64,000 bases of DNA from the human T2T-CHM13v2.0 reference genome, Homo sapiens: assembly GCF_009914755.1 (NCBI RefSeq), contig NC_060933.1, one strand, 5' to 3'. The notes under the pieces were generated by a model. It saw only the letters and a list, made by a program, of their open reading frames with translations, was not told where the DNA came from and did no database searches. A program made the position numbers and the translations under genes. Numbering within the stretch: the first letter of the stretch is position 1; every line of letters starts with the position of its first letter. Shown piece by piece: positions 1-16,683 of the stretch.

Positions 1-467
1 GTGCTGGATTCAGGCTTCCTTAATTGAAATAATTTCTCTGCTTCTTAATAACCACGTGAGGCTGCAAATTACAAAATTAGTTTCCTTATCTGTAAAATGA
101 GAAAATGATAGTATAATACCTACCTCATAGGTATTATACCATCTAATGAGGATTAAATTCCAATGAGGATTAAATAATAGATACAAAATACTTGGAACAG
201 TCAGTGATTGGCACAGAGTAAGCACTCAAGCAGAGTTAGCTGTTAATATCATCTTACAAAGAATAATTCTAAGAAAAGTCGAAAGCCTAATTTCTAAAAC
301 TCAGCTTTCTTGGGACGTTACTGGAATAGTACTATCAATACTAACCTCTGGAGATATTTATTTATGTTTCCAAGGTTTAATAGAACCACCTTTTTTATTA
401 TAAAATTCTTAAATTAAATAAGTGACTATTAAAACAGATTATACCAAAGCCCTTTCAGCATGAAATA

Positions 468-738
468 ATTTTTTTATTATACTTTAAGTTCTGGGATACA
501 TGTACAGAATGTGCAGGTTTGTTACATAGGTATACACATGTCATGGTGGTTTGCTGCACTCATCAACCCGTCAACTACATTAGGTATTTCTCCTAATACT
601 ATCCATCCCCTAGCCCCTCAACCCTTGACAGGCCTCGTGTGTGATGTTCCCCTCCCTGTGTCCATGTGTTCTCATTGTTCAACTCCCACTTATGAGTGAG
701 AACATGCGGTGTTTGCTTTTCTGTTCTTGTGTTAGTTT
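468..738 (-). mobile_element. L1PA 3'-end fragment
   Basis: ttattatactttaagttctggg L1 3' signature; TSD catgaaata at 459 and 742. Confidence 0.85.
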
Positions 739-3700
739 TCACATGAAATATATTTTATCTTATTTTCACAATGTTTTGAATGTACTGATGTGTACTGATC
801 TATTATGCATAGATTTCAGAACTTAACTCTGATGGCAACTGTGTTCTTATTTCCAAGTTGTTGGGAGGGACATCTCTGTAACAGTGAACTATGAACAACA
901 ATATTACAGGTGGAAATCATAAAATTTAGAAAGGAAAAAATAAGAACATAATAACTATATATATGTTCTATAACATATAACTATATAATAACTTTTTTAT
1001 TTTATAAAAAAGAGGTGGTCATTATTGTATTTGTTTTATATTGTTGTAAGGGCTTTACTATGGGGTAAAACACCTTATTTAACAATTATATATTATTATG
1101 TTGTAAGGCAAATCTTGGTTGTTAAGTTGGCTGTATAGTTGTTAAGAGTCTTACTCTCTGGCTCATTCATTCAACATTTATTGAGTGGCTAATAGGGCTG
1201 GTTTATGACATTTTGGATTTGCACTAAAGCATGGTACAAACAAGATTCTGTTTTTTGATAAATTGGTATTTTGATCATCACAACTTTTATCAATTATTTT
1301 TTATGTATTACGTCTGTTATTTTCAATGACAAAATACTGACAACAATAATATATGAAAATGCATTGCTAAAATGACCAAAGTAAGGGCAACCACCCTTTT
1401 CAAATTTTCTTATCCTGTATATACCTGTAGTGCACCCTCTGGTCATTAGCTGTAGCTGCTACTCAAAGAGCTTATTTTCATTCACAATTGAGCATCTTTT
1501 ACCTGGAATTAAAATATTCATTTCAAAACATCTTCTTTTCTTTCCTTTGAGGACATTATAATACTTAATCCTAAATCGGGACTTTAGGAAGTGGCTTTCT
1601 ATATTTGAGCCTTAATTTGTTCACCTTCTCACTTGTTGGAATCTCCATCCTTTTATTTTCTCACATAGGGGCTCTGCTGTTTTCAGTCCCTAAGACAAGG
1701 TTATATCCTGTGTCCACATGAATATCCCACAGATTAAACTAGTGCACTGTCCTCAGAATTGAATCAAACTCAAATATCTTGTACAATTACTCATCTGTTA
1801 TTCACTTTCTCCTTATCAAACAAAAAGGACTTATAAAAACTATAATTTGTATACTTGAATTATCAATTATAGAGAGATGTGTTAAAAATCTTCCACAATG
1901 GTTATAGATTTGCCATTTTCTCATAGTAATTTTATAAACTTTTCTTTATATTTTATAATGACTATATTATTAGGTACACATACCTACAATATATGATAGC
2001 AGGTCAAGAATAGACATTAATGAAACACAATGTATATGTATAAAGCATATTTATTATTCCACTCCCACTTATGTGCTCATGAGAGACATCAGTAATTAAT
2101 CACAGCACTCCATTTTGATCCTAAAGTTGTTCCAGAATATGTTTTAACACAGTGCCCTGTGCAATCATCTTAGTTGTCACTCAAGGTAATTCCTGTTTGC
2201 CTTTCCTTGCCCCACCTTATTTTCTTGAAAAATAGAATGTACTAAAAAGGTGGGATTTGAATATCCCATCAATGGGGATGAACATTATAAAATATTACTC
2301 AATACATGGTATTGGAACAATTGATACTTTTAAAAAATGATGTCATGTTTCAAACTTTCATCATATGCTAAAAAATCAATTGAAACAATTAATGTAGATA
2401 TAACAAACTTTTAGATGGTCTAGAAGAAGATATAGGTGATTATCTTTTCTTGAGATCCAGAGACCTTTTATGAACATATAAGCAGAGGCTAGCGAGAGGG
2501 CATACAGAAAATCTCTGGTAAATTAGGCTTCATAAAAGTTAAAATCTTCCTTCTTTCAATCATAAAAAGCAAATGGAACAAATGAGGAAAAGGTAGGCAG
2601 TGTATGTAATACTAAAAGTTCTTAATATATAGTGATTTTATAAATTAAATAAGAAAAAGCTATTCTAGGTGAAAAATGACTAAGAACAAAATCACACAAT
2701 TTGAAAAAGAAGTATTAATGGTGAATATGCATACTACAAAAGGTTAAATCTGACACTAACACAAAATAACACAAGATAATTTTTTTCCTGTCAATTTATC
2801 ATAGTTCAAAAATAACAATGTCATGATATAATGTACATTGTTGAAAATATCTGAAAGGAAATTTGGAAACACAGATCAAGAAACTCATAAATATTCACAG
2901 ACTTTGATTCAGTAACTCCATTTCTATTTTCACCTGAATGCCATAGTTTGAGGATTGCATATGAAAAGAATGGATGAGATGTTGACATTTTCTTCCTAAT
3001 GATTAGAAATTGGAAGTAACTAAAGTAGGTGATTACACAGATTAGAGTATACCTATATATTGGAAGAAAATGTATAATAACCAATTATAGTAAAATGTAT
3101 AAAAATGTGCAATGTACATAAAATCCCATTTAACACATTTTCTATGTATATATGTAATATGAAAGAAGATGAGAAATAAATGCACAAACATGGTAATAAT
3201 ATTTGTTTCCTAAGTCTTGGCACTACTGAGAAATGATCGTTGTTTTTGTTTTTGTTGTTCTTAACCTTTTATGGTTCTTTTCTTCTTATTATTTTACAAT
3301 AAACAACTGTAATCAGAAAAATATTTTTTAAAAAGAAAATGTGAGGGAACAAATAGTGCCTAAAAATCATATCAGTTTATTGCAGTCCCCAAGTATTTCC
3401 TAATCTGGAAAGATACAACCAACAACTGTTTCATTAGGCTATTGCCAAAGAAACATCTAAAAGTTACTTCACTGATGAAGACAGAAAACCACAGAAAATT
3501 TCTTCCTGGGTACATATTGTAATAATACATAAAAGCCTGTGTAAATCACAGCTCAAAATTACCAGGACTTTCCCTAGTCAACACAGTTCAATCCAGCCAC
3601 TGCCCTGGGCTAACTTAGAGGAACCTCTAGTCTGGTCCGTAAGCCACACACCCAGGCTTTGAGAAAGGGCCAGAAACATAGCTGGTTTGCTTTCCTAATC

Positions 3701-6561
3701 CTGGTGATGACCAGGACGTTATAAAAATAAGTTTTATCTCTGGGTGTATATTTTTATTAAATTAAATCTCCTGAGAGCATCAGAGTTATGCATAGACCAT
3801 ATTTATTAATCTTGCATCAGCTCTAAGTGATTGTTTTAAAAATAGGCTATGAATAAATTGACACGTCATACTGATTCAGTCGTGCAGCATAGTTTTCCTA
3901 GCATAATTTGGTGCTGCTGAGCTTCTGGGGGACTACCCTGAAGGATTCTCTTTCCTGAGGTGATATATTTTGCAAAAGGGGAAAATTATTTTCCAGGTAG
4001 CCATGACATTAGCATTACACATTTCTGAGCCTTTATTTAGCCAGTATCGTCACTACAACTGTACTGCACTATTTATAGATGATGCTAGAAGATTCCGTTA
4101 TTGTATTCAATCACACACAGAACCATTTTCATACTGCATGTGCCACTAGTAATTGTTGCTAGTTAAGGAGTAGGGAGAGTTGATTGTATTCATTTTCTTA
4201 TCTTTCAATAACCTGGCAAGAAAGAGGAATAGAAATTTTGGGAAGAAATTTGCAAAGCTACTTTAAATATAGCGTTAGTAGTTTGAATACATTATGCTTT
4301 CATTTTCTGAAATAGGGATTCTGTAAGTGAAATTAAATCAAACTGAAATTAATAGATGCAGAGCTCTCCTAAGGACTTGTCATGTGAAATGTTGTCTATA
4401 ACCCTTTTTTTTTGTGCTCATATCAACCCTTAAGTCTGCAATACGAATTACTGCTGTTAAGGTCACTATCTGGCCAAATCAGATGGATACTTCCCATATC
4501 TAGACCCCCTCACCCTCTCAGCAGCATTTAACCAATTTGATCTCTCTCTCTTTGGGAACTTCCTTCCCCTTCTTCTCACAAGAATGCACACACCTGGATT
4601 CCTCCAACTTCTCTGGCGATAGTTTCTTACTCTCTTTTGTTTTACTAACTTGCTCTTCTTCCTCAATACAGCCTCTATGGGTTGGTATTACTAAGGTAAA
4701 ATCCTGGGCCCTTATTTTTGCTCCACCTATTTCATGACCACATGCTACCCCATGGTTAAACATCAACCTGCTGTAAACTCCCAAATTTATATTCAAGCCC
4801 AAACTTCTTTTCTGAGGTCCAGATGTAAACCTGACCTGCTTACTAGACATTTTGATTCAGATATCACAGAGGTATTCCAAACTTAACGTCTAAATTCAAA
4901 ATCATGATTAAGAAACTTTTCCTCTTTAAGCTTTTTCTTTTCCAATTTTCTGCCTGTTAGATCACACCACATTGATTGTTATTTAGTCCAAAAATCTGGG
5001 CATCATTTTAATTCCTCTTTCCATCTCAACTAATCCCAACCTTCTAACATCCCAGATGGAAGCAGCAGTCTTTTTATAACTTAATCTCAGTAGCAACACA
5101 TCAATACTTCTTCTGTATTCTATTCATTAGACATGAGTCCTCAAGTCCAGTCCACCATTAGGGCAGCTTGACGGGGACTGCCTGTCATCCTTCTGCAGTG
5201 CTCCAAGCCTTGCCAAGCACTTCTCTCCTCACATAGCCACATGGCCTGGTGGATGCAGTTGTCAATGTTTCTTTTGGATTCTAGTGTCTGGCATGGCCCT
5301 AGCAATGATCTGCTGAACTGGATTGAAATATAGCACTCTAAGCCATGGTAAGAACATATAAACAGTACTAATGGCTGGGACTAAACGGAGAAATAAAACT
5401 CATACAATGGGATGTTTCCTTTGGAGGTGATCTAGTTCACTGTTTTCCTATTTTTTCCACAGTGTACCAAAAACAGATCTAGCATTTTTGTGTAATATAC
5501 AGTAGGATCTGGAACACTCCAGTTATTATAATAAAGAAGGAGGAAGAGGACAGGCAGAGAGAAATGGGGATGAGTTTGTCACCCTGGTAAGGGCTCAGAT
5601 GATAGTTTTCAAGCTACTCTGTGTCTTTCTATAATACCTTTGGAAATTCTAGATGAAGTCTAAAATTGAGGGAGGCAGAAGAGATGAGGATGCAGAAGGG
5701 AGGCTTTCAGGACACTCAGCTACCAGTTGTATTATAAGAGGAACCAAGGAAAGAAATTGCTTACCACCTCCTTCAAGACACCAAATGATAAAGGCCAGGG
5801 AAGGCCCAAATAAAATTCACTCTTTTCCTGTACACAGAATATGCCCAGAATTCCTGCCCGCCATATTTTCTCTAATGAGCTGAATAAATAGCATAGATCC
5901 ATTTTGCCCTACCAAAAGCATAGACTTTAAGTATCCAGCACTATGCAATTTCAGTCCTTTGGCTCCAGTGTTGAGTGCACCTCCAAACAATCATTTCCCT
6001 GAGTTGTAAAATGCAATTCTGTATCACTTAGAACACAGTTCTCTATGGCTTAGCATGGCTCTAAGAGGAAGAGAAAAAATAAGACCTAAGAGAATGAGCA
6101 AGGAAATCACTTGTAATGATTTCATTCCCCTCTTGAAGAATTCATCTCCAAGGCCTAAAATTCCTAGGGATATGATTTCATTTATTCCCTCTTTCATCAT
6201 AAACTAGTGCTGCAGTACATCAGGAACTCTGCTAAGCATAGGAAATGCACAGATAAAAGACATAAAAATCAGTCTTCACTAAGTTCACATTCTTGCAAAG
6301 AGAGAGATGCAGGAACAGGTAAAGATTCTTTTGTAGAGTGTGTTGTGAGTTAGGTGCAGTGAGCAAGGTGTGGGAGCTCTCCATTAGAGCAAAGAAGAGG
6401 AAATCCCACTTGGACTGAGGCATCAAAAGGCACCTCTCAGGAAAAGTAAGAACCAGGTGTAGTCTTGAAAGACAGAGGTAATTAGCTAAAGATAAAAAGG
6501 AAGGGGAAATTCCCGTGGAAGGGAAGACATTAAAAGGCACAGAGGCTAGAAAGAGCATGGT

Positions 6562-7325
6562 AATGAAAAAATGCTCATCATCACTGGCCATCAGAGAAAT
6601 GCAAATCAAAACCACAATGAGATACCATCTCACACCAGTTAGAATGGCAATCATTAAAAAGTCAGGAAACAACAGGTGCTGGAGAGGATGTGGAGAAACA
6701 GGAACACTTTTACACTGTTGGTGGGACTGTAAACTGGTTCAACCATTGTGGAAGACAGTGTGATGATTCCTCAGGGATCTAGAACTAGAAATACTATATG
6801 ACCCAGCTATCCCATTACTGGGTATATGCCCAAAGGATTATAAATCATGCTGCTATAAAGACACATGCACACGTATGTTTATTAAGGCACTATTCACAAT
6901 AGCAAAGACTAGGAACCAACCCAAGTGTCCAACAATGATAGACTGGATTAAGAAAATGTGGCACATATACATCATGGAATACTATGCAGCCATAAAAAGG
7001 ATGAGTTCATGTCCTTTGTAGGGACATGGATGAAGCTGGAAACCATCATTCTCAGCAAACTAACGCAAGGACAAAAAACCAAACATCGCATGTTCTTACT
7101 CACAGATGGGAATTGAACAATGAGAACACTTGGACACAGGAAGGGGGACATCACACACCGGGTCCTGTCATGGGATGCGGGGAGGGGGGAGGGATAGCAT
7201 TAGGAGATATACCTGATGTAAATGATGAGTTAATGGGTGCAGCACACCAACATGGCACATGTATACATATGTAACAAACCTGCATATTGTGCACATGTAC
7301 CCTAGAACTTAAAGTATAATAAAAA

Positions 7326-7371
<46 letters not shown>

Positions 7372-7378
7372 AAAAAAA
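6562..7378 (+). mobile_element. 5'-truncated L1PA with (TA)n-containing tail
   Basis: ORF2 C-terminal motif ([19 protein letters not shown]) plus 3' UTR; TSD agaaagagcatggt at 6548-6561 and 7379-7392. Confidence 0.92.
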
Positions 7379-9954
7379 AGAAAGAGCATGGTTATTTTAA
7401 GGACCTACAGTTATGCCCAAGAGCAAAGTGTGTGAAGAAGGGAAGACGAGGGAAGAGAGGGGAGAGGTGAACAGAGGTTTGACAGGCTATGAAGTGTGGA
7501 GTTTCTTTTAAAAAACCATGGAGAGTCAAAACATTTCAAACAGGACAACAATGCAGCCAGATTTATGTATTAGAAGGAGCTCTCTGACACTGGTGCAGAG
7601 AAATGACTGGCAGAGAGGCCCATTAGGGAGGGATCTGCTTTAGTAAACAGACAGTAAATTAATGAGGCCTTTAACTGAGGCAGAGAGTGTGGTGAGGAAG
7701 GGTTGAACTAGAGAGGCTTCACAATGTCAAACTGATAGGACTCATTAAACATGAGGTTCAGGAAACCAGATGTCAGGGATGATTCACAGCTTGATTGCTT
7801 GGGAAGCTGAGTAGAAGATGGTGATATTCACTGAGATCAGAGATGAAAGAATTCCCAGGTTTCAGGGAAGTTGATGAGTTTAGTATTAAGCATACTGGCC
7901 TAATTCCCCCTGGTACTTAGGGCACGTACTATCTTGGATACATTTAATTAAGACAGACTCTTTGGTCAGTAGAAATTTCTATCTCAGATCTTGAGCAAGA
8001 TGGAAAAAAGCTTTTGAAACAGATTTTATCAGCTCTAAAAGTATAATATCTTTCCAAACTGTCTCCCAGAACTCCCCATAATGACTTCTCCCTTCCATAG
8101 AGGGCAAGGAGGCGAACAAAAATGGATAGCATTTTATTTGAAGATAAGTTAGCTGTCTAGGATTAGCTATTTGCGTGATACTATCTTAACTTTAACAGCA
8201 CTTTGACTTTTAGAATTCATGTTTTTTCAGGTCAATTTACAGACCTGCTAATTTTTTAAAAACAATTCTGAATTTATATACAATCCATAGTTTATCAAAC
8301 ATATTACATTCTTCTGCACGTGGCTATCCAGTTATCCCAACACAATTTATTGAAGAGACTATTAAACTCACCAATAGAAGGAAACACATATTCCCCAACT
8401 TTTTCCCCGTGCCTTCATGTATAAGGATTTTGAACAGAGTCCAATATCTGGATGAGTGTTGGTTTACAAAAGTATTTTAGCTCAATGAGGACAGTGAGCA
8501 CCCATTATGGAGATATGGCCTGTAAAATGGCATTTTGTTTTAAAGTCTCTCACAGTGATGGGAAGAGAAAGCAAAGTTTAAAAGTGAGCGGTCCTCTTTT
8601 ATCTCACTGTTAGTTCTAATTGAATATTAAACCATTTAAAGATTAATTTAATATATCTCAAAAGTTGAGTTTTGGTTTCTTGTGAGACGGGCATGTAGGT
8701 GACCAGATATACCAGTGTTTCCCAAGACAGAGATTTAATTCAGAGATACAGGTGTAGAATTCACATGCATATACCTGTTAACTAATGCTGTAAGTGTGGT
8801 CACTGAAAAAAAAATGCCAATGACTTAAGCTTGGAGAAAACTAACATTTATTTTCTCCATGGAAGAAAAAGGATTTCATGAAAGAGAAAACAAAAAATAA
8901 CAAGAAAAACAGGAAAGAGCCCGATTTAAAAAGCCAAGTGAAAAATGGCTTTTAAGTGAAAATAATTGGCCAGTATTTTCATATGTTTGGGAAAATATAT
9001 GTAAAGCTATAGATCTAATAGATATATTCCTTCTCTCTCATACACATGTTTTTTCTGGTACTTTTAAAATCCAAAATTTTATTTTGGCGTAATATATGAG
9101 GTACAGATGTAATTGATTTTTTAAAATGGCTACCAAATTCACCTAATAAGTCATCTTTCCTCACTAATTTAAAATGCCGTCTTTATCATTCATTCAGTGT
9201 GCACTGACCTTCTACTTATAGCCTCATACCACAGGATTTTAATGTCATTACATTAAGCTATTATTAAACCTTTACAATACATTTTAACACTTGGTAGGCA
9301 AGTGATTCCTTATTTTTATAACGATGCCAAGAATACACAAAAATAGTCTCTTCAATAAAATTGTGTTGGGACAACTGGATAGCCACATGCAGAGAATAAA
9401 ATTAGGCCCTTATTTTATATAAAAATCAACTCAAAATGGATTTGAGACTTAAACGTAAGAATGGAAACTGAAACTACTAGAATATAAATGGAAAAAGCTT
9501 TTTTTCCCACATTTTCCCTGATTATTTTTGCTTACTTTGTTTCTGTATATACGTTCTAAAATCAGCTTCCTAGTTTCCAAAATACGATTGGAATTGTATT
9601 AAGATTACCTTAAGTGTATAGGCTACACTATCTCAGGAGACAACAGTTCTGATAAAACTATGGTTTGCTATTTTTCTCCTTCGCAAACTGCACTAGGAGC
9701 AGGTTGGAGAAACTGAGTTGTAAATGAAAACCCACTACCAGTAGCTCCCCTTCACTATCTAGATCTCCAGCTCTAAGAAAGATGGCATGAACTAAGGCTG
9801 TGTATAGGGTAGATGTGAAATCGAGGTTCCGGTGGAGAGGGAAGTGTAGTCTCCTTTTTGTTAAGAAAGAAACAAAACCCCAAACTTACTTGCCCAATAT
9901 CTTAGGCCCTGAAACACCAGGATAATTAGGTGCCCAAAAATTCATAATCATTAT

Positions 9955-10261
9955 TTTTTATTCCTCCTAACTGCAATTTTGCATCCTTTCACCAACATCT
10001 CCCCAATACCCATTTCCCCTCCCCCAGTCCCTTGTAATCACCATTCTCTCTACTTCTATGATTTCAACTTTTTCAGATTCCACAGACAAGTGAGACCATG
10101 TGGTGTTTGTCTTTCTGTGTTTGGCTATTTCACATAACATAATGTCCTCTAGGTTCATTTATATTATCCCAAATCACAGGATTTTCTTCTTTTTAAAGGC
10201 TGAATAGTATCCCATTGTGTATATATATACACACACACATATATATGTGTGTATATATATA

Positions 10262-10311
<50 letters not shown>

Positions 10312-11450
10312 CACATTTTTGTTATTTATTTATCTAGTCATGAATATGTAGGTTGATTCCATACTTTGGTTATTGTGAATAATGCTGTAGTGAACATGGG
10401 AATACAGATATCTCTTTGACATACTGATTCATACTGATTACATTTCCTTTGAATATATATCCAGTAGTGGGATTGCTCTATTATATGGTAGTTTTCTTTT
10501 TAGATTTCTGGTAAACCTCCCCACTGCTTTCCATAATGGCTGTACTAATTTACATTCCCACTAACAGTATACAGGGTTCCCTTCTGTCCACATCCTCACC
10601 AACACCTGTTACCTTTCATCTTTTTGAAAATAGCCATTCTAACTGGAGTGAGATAATATTTCATTGTGGTTTTGATTTGTATTTCCCTGATAATTAATGA
10701 TTTTAAGCATGTTTTCATATACCTGTTGGCCATTTGTATGTCTTTTAAGAAATGTCTATTCAAATCCTTTTCCCACTTTTCTTTAAGTGAATGAGGTCTT
10801 GCTATGTTGCCCATGCTGGCCTTGAACGCCTAGGCTCAGCATCCCGAGTAGCTGGGACTAAAGGGGTGTGCCACTGTGCTTGACTTCTTTGCCCATTTTA
10901 AAATTGGGTTATTTGTCTTTTTTTTTTTTTTTGCTATTGAATTGTCTGAATTCCTTATATATTTTGGATATTAACCTCATCAGGTGTATGGTTTGCAAAT
11001 ATTTTCTCCCATTCTGTAGATAGTGCCTTTACTCTGTTGATTGTTTCCTTTGCTGTGCAGAGGCTCTTCTGTTTAATGTAATCTCATTGGTCTATTTTTG
11101 CTTTTTATTGCCTGTGCTTTTGGGGTCACATCCAAAAAATCATTGCCCAGACCAATGTCATAAAGCTTTTTCCCTATATATTCTAGCAGTTTTAGTTTCC
11201 ATTCTTACATTTAAGTCTCGAATCCACTTTGAGTTGATTTTTACATAAAATAAGGGCCTAATTTTATTCTTCTGCATGTGGCTATCCAGTTGTCCCAAAA
11301 CAATTTATTGAAGAGACTATTTTTGTGTATTCTTGGCATTGTTATTAAAAATCACTTGATCATAAAGGCAGAGATTTATTTCTAGTTTCTGTATTCTGTT
11401 CCATTAGTCTATATGTGTGTTTCTATGCCAGTACTATAGCTTTATATTAT
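9955..11450 (-). mobile_element. L1MA-type fragment interrupted by an Alu monomer fragment (~10785-10885) and a TA/CA microsatellite
   Basis: Degenerate ORF2 C-terminus on the minus strand ([17 protein letters not shown]) and L1M 3' UTR. Confidence 0.8.
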
Positions 11451-11451
11451 A

Positions 11452-12460
11452 CAGTCATTTATCACTTAACATCAGGGATATGTTCTGAGAAATGCATCCA
11501 TAGTTCATTTTGTTATTGTGTGAACATCATAGAGTATACTTACAGAAACCTTGATGGTATAGCCCACTGCACACCTAGGCTGTATGGATAGCCTATTGCC
11601 CGTAGGCTACAAACCTGTCAGCATGTTACTACACTGAATACTGTAGGCAATTGTAGCACAATGGTACGTATTTGTGTATCTAAACATAGAAAACATACAG
11701 TAAAAATACAGTATAAAAGATAAAAATGGTACACCTGCATTGGGCACTTACCATGAACGAAGATTTCAGCACTGAAGTTTGCTCTGGGTAAGTCAGTGAG
11801 TGAGTGATGTGTGAATGTGAAGGCCTAGGACATTACTGTACACTGCTGTAAACTTTATAAATACTGTACACTTAGACTACGCTAAATTTATTTTTAAAAT
11901 ATTTTTCTTTCTTTAATAATAAATTAACCTTAGCTTACCACAACTATTTTATTTTATAAACTTTTAAAATTTGTAAGCTTTTTGACTCTTTTGTAATAAT
12001 ACTCTGTTTGAAACACAAATATATTGTACAGTTATACAAAAATAGTTTTTCTTCATATCCTTAAGCTCTTTTCTATCTTAAAATTTTATTTTTATTTTTT
12101 ACTTTCTAAACTTTTTTTGTTAAACACTAAGACAAAAACACACAATAGCCTTGGCCTACACAGGGTCAGGATCAAAACATCACTGCCTTTCAACAGCTTG
12201 TCCTACTGGAAGGTCCTCAGGGGCAATAACACACATGGAGCTGCCATCTCCTATGGTAACAATGTATTCTTCTAGAATACCTGCCTGAGGCTGTTTTACA
12301 ATCAATTTTTTATTTATTTTTATTTTTTATGTTTTTAAATAAGTACAGGGTATACACAGTAAAATAATAATAAAAATATAGTACATTAAAAAAACCAGCA
12401 ACATGGTCATTTATTATCATTATCAACTATTATGTACTCTACATAATTGTATGTGCTTTT
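11452..12460. mobile_element. Tigger3/MER7-type DNA transposon relic, right end missing
   Basis: Begins TA-cagtca...gttctgagaaatgcatc; internal cacacctaggct...ggctacaaacctgt typical of Tigger3. Confidence 0.7.
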
Positions 12461-12529
12461 TTATTCAAAAAGAAAATCATTAAGAACACAGCAATATTAA
12501 TATTTATTCTTTTTTTTAGAAGAACCTGA

Positions 12530-13929
12530 TTTATTTATTTAATTTTTTTATTATACTTTAAGTTCTGGGATACATGTGCAAAACGTGTAGGTTTGTTACA
12601 CAGGTATACATGTGCCATGGTGGTTTGCTGTATCCATCAACCCATCATCTACATTAGGCATTTCTCCTAATGCTATCCCTCCCCTAGCCCCCCACCCCTT
12701 GACAGGCCCCAGTATGTGATTCTCCCCTCCCTGTGTCCATGTGTTCTCATTGTTAGCTCCCACTTATGAGTGAGAACATGTGGTGTTTGGTTTTCTGTTC
12801 CTGTGTTAGTTTGCTGAGAATGATGGTTTCCAGCTTCATCCATGTCCCTGCAAAGGATATAAACTCATTGTTTTTTATGGCTGCATAGTATTCCGTAGTG
12901 TATATGTGCCACATTTTCTTTATCTAGTCTATCATTGATTGGCATTTGGGTTGGTTCCAAGTCTTTGCCATTGTGAATAGTGCTGAAATAAACATATATG
13001 TGCATGTGTCTTTATAGTAGAATGATTTATAGTCCTTTGGGTATATACCCAGTAATGAGATTGCTGGGTCAAATGGTATTTCTGGTTCTAATCCTTGAAG
13101 AATTGCCACACTGTCTCCCACAATGGTTGAACTAATTTACACTCCCACAAACAGTGTAAAAGCATTCCTATTTTTCCACATTCTCTCCAGCATCGGTTGC
13201 TTCCTGACTTTTTAATGATTGCCACTCTAACAGGCATGAGATGGTATCTCATTGTGGTTTTGATTTGCATTTCTCTAATGACCAATAATGATGAGCTTTA
13301 TTTCATATGTTTGTTGGCTGCATAAATGTCTTATTTTGAGAAGTGTCTGTTCATATCCTTCGCCCACTTTTTGATGGGGTTGTTTGTTTTTTTCTTGTAA
13401 ATTTGTTTAAGTTCTTTGTAGATTCTGGATATTAGCCCTTTGTCAGATGGATAGATTGCAAAAATTTTCTCCCACTCTGTAGGTTGCCTGCTCACTCTAA
13501 TGATAGTTCCTTTTGCTGAGCAGATGGTCTTTAGTTTAATTAGGTCCCATTTGTCAATTTTGACTTTTGTTGCCATTGCTTTTGGGGTTTTAGTCATGAA
13601 GTCTTTGCCCATGCCTATGTCCTGAATGGTATTGCCTAGGTTTTCTTCTAGGGTTTTTATGGTTTTAGGTTTTACATTTAAGTATTTAATCCATCTTGAG
13701 TTAATTTTTGTATGAGATATAAGGAAGGGGTCCAGTTCCAGTTTTCCGCATATGGCTAGCCAGTTTTCCCAACACCATTTATTAAATAGGGAATCCTTTC
13801 CCTACTGCTTGTTTTTGTCAGGTTTGTCAAAGATCAGATGGTTGTAGATGTGTGGCATTATTTCTTAGGCCTCTGTTCTGTTCCATTGGTCTATATATCT
13901 GTTTTGGTACCAGTACCATGCTGTTTTGG
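12530..13929 (-). mobile_element. L1PA 3' (non-inverted) segment
   Basis: L1 3' UTR plus ORF2 fragments ([16 protein letters not shown]) on the minus strand. Confidence 0.92.
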
Positions 13930-15245
<1,316 letters not shown>

Positions 15246-15576
15246 CTAAAGTTCTATAAATGAACTCACGAGGCCAAAGAATGAAGAAGACACCAACACA
15301 AAGGGGAAAAAATCAAAACAATATGGTCAATGCAATGGTAGAGATATGCACAGTATATTATGGAAACCCAGAGAAGACAAACGTAACACAGCTTTGGGAA
15401 GATATGGAATTTTTCTCCCAGGAGGAGAGGATGATCAAGCTGAGAGATGTGTGAACTGAGTGGAAAGGAGGGGAGTAGTATTCCAAGAGAAGCAAACAGT
15501 ATGAGCAATTCATGGAGGTAGGAAAGCTGTATACAGGGAACCATCAGCAGGTTGTTGAATAAAGGAAGCTGAATGA

Positions 15577-15878
15577 GGCTGGGCACAGTAGCTCACGCCT
15601 GCATTCCCAGCACTTTGAGAGGCCGAGGTGGAATCATCATTTGAGGCCAGCAGTTTGAGACCAGCCTGGGTAACATAGCCTGACCACATCTCTACAAAAA
15701 ATAAAAATAAATTAGCCTGCTGTAGGGGCAGTGCCTGTAGTCCTAGCTACTCTGAAAGGATCACTTGAGTCCAGGAGGCTGAGGTTGCAGTGAGCTATGA
15801 TTACCCCATTGCACTCCAGCCTGGGCAACAGAGCAAGACCCTGACTCTGAAAAAAAAAAAAAACAAAAAACAAAAACA
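15577..15878 (+). mobile_element. AluJ-like
   Basis: ggctgggcacagtagctcacgcctg start, dimeric structure, A-tail. Confidence 0.85.
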
Positions 15879-16249
15879 GGATCGTAAAAGACAATACTAA
15901 CATACAACAAAGCATGCAGATTCCAGTAAAGCCTGTCATATTAGGCAGATTAGGCAGGTTTAAATATATTTTATGTGATGATGAGCCCCTAAAGGCTTTT
16001 GAGCAGGAGGGACTATCTGAAAAAAGATATAGAATGGTTAAGACCCAAGACAGAGAGAAGGTACAAGGACTATTTGGTTGATAAAATCTGTAGGAATTGG
16101 AATGGGCTGAATGTGGGAGTGGGGGTGGGGTGAGAGATGGGGAGGAGTGAAGACTGAATAGACCCAGATTTCTGGTTTGAGTCCGGGAGAGGTGGGGTGC
16201 TGAATTCGAAGGTCAGGACACCTATACCTCTGGGAATACAGCGATGGTT

Positions 16250-16683
<434 letters not shown>

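Noticed and set aside
10217-10307. Alternating purine-pyrimidine tract as a Z-DNA element
   Set aside because: Mostly TA steps, which form Z-DNA poorly; an ordinary microsatellite inside an L1
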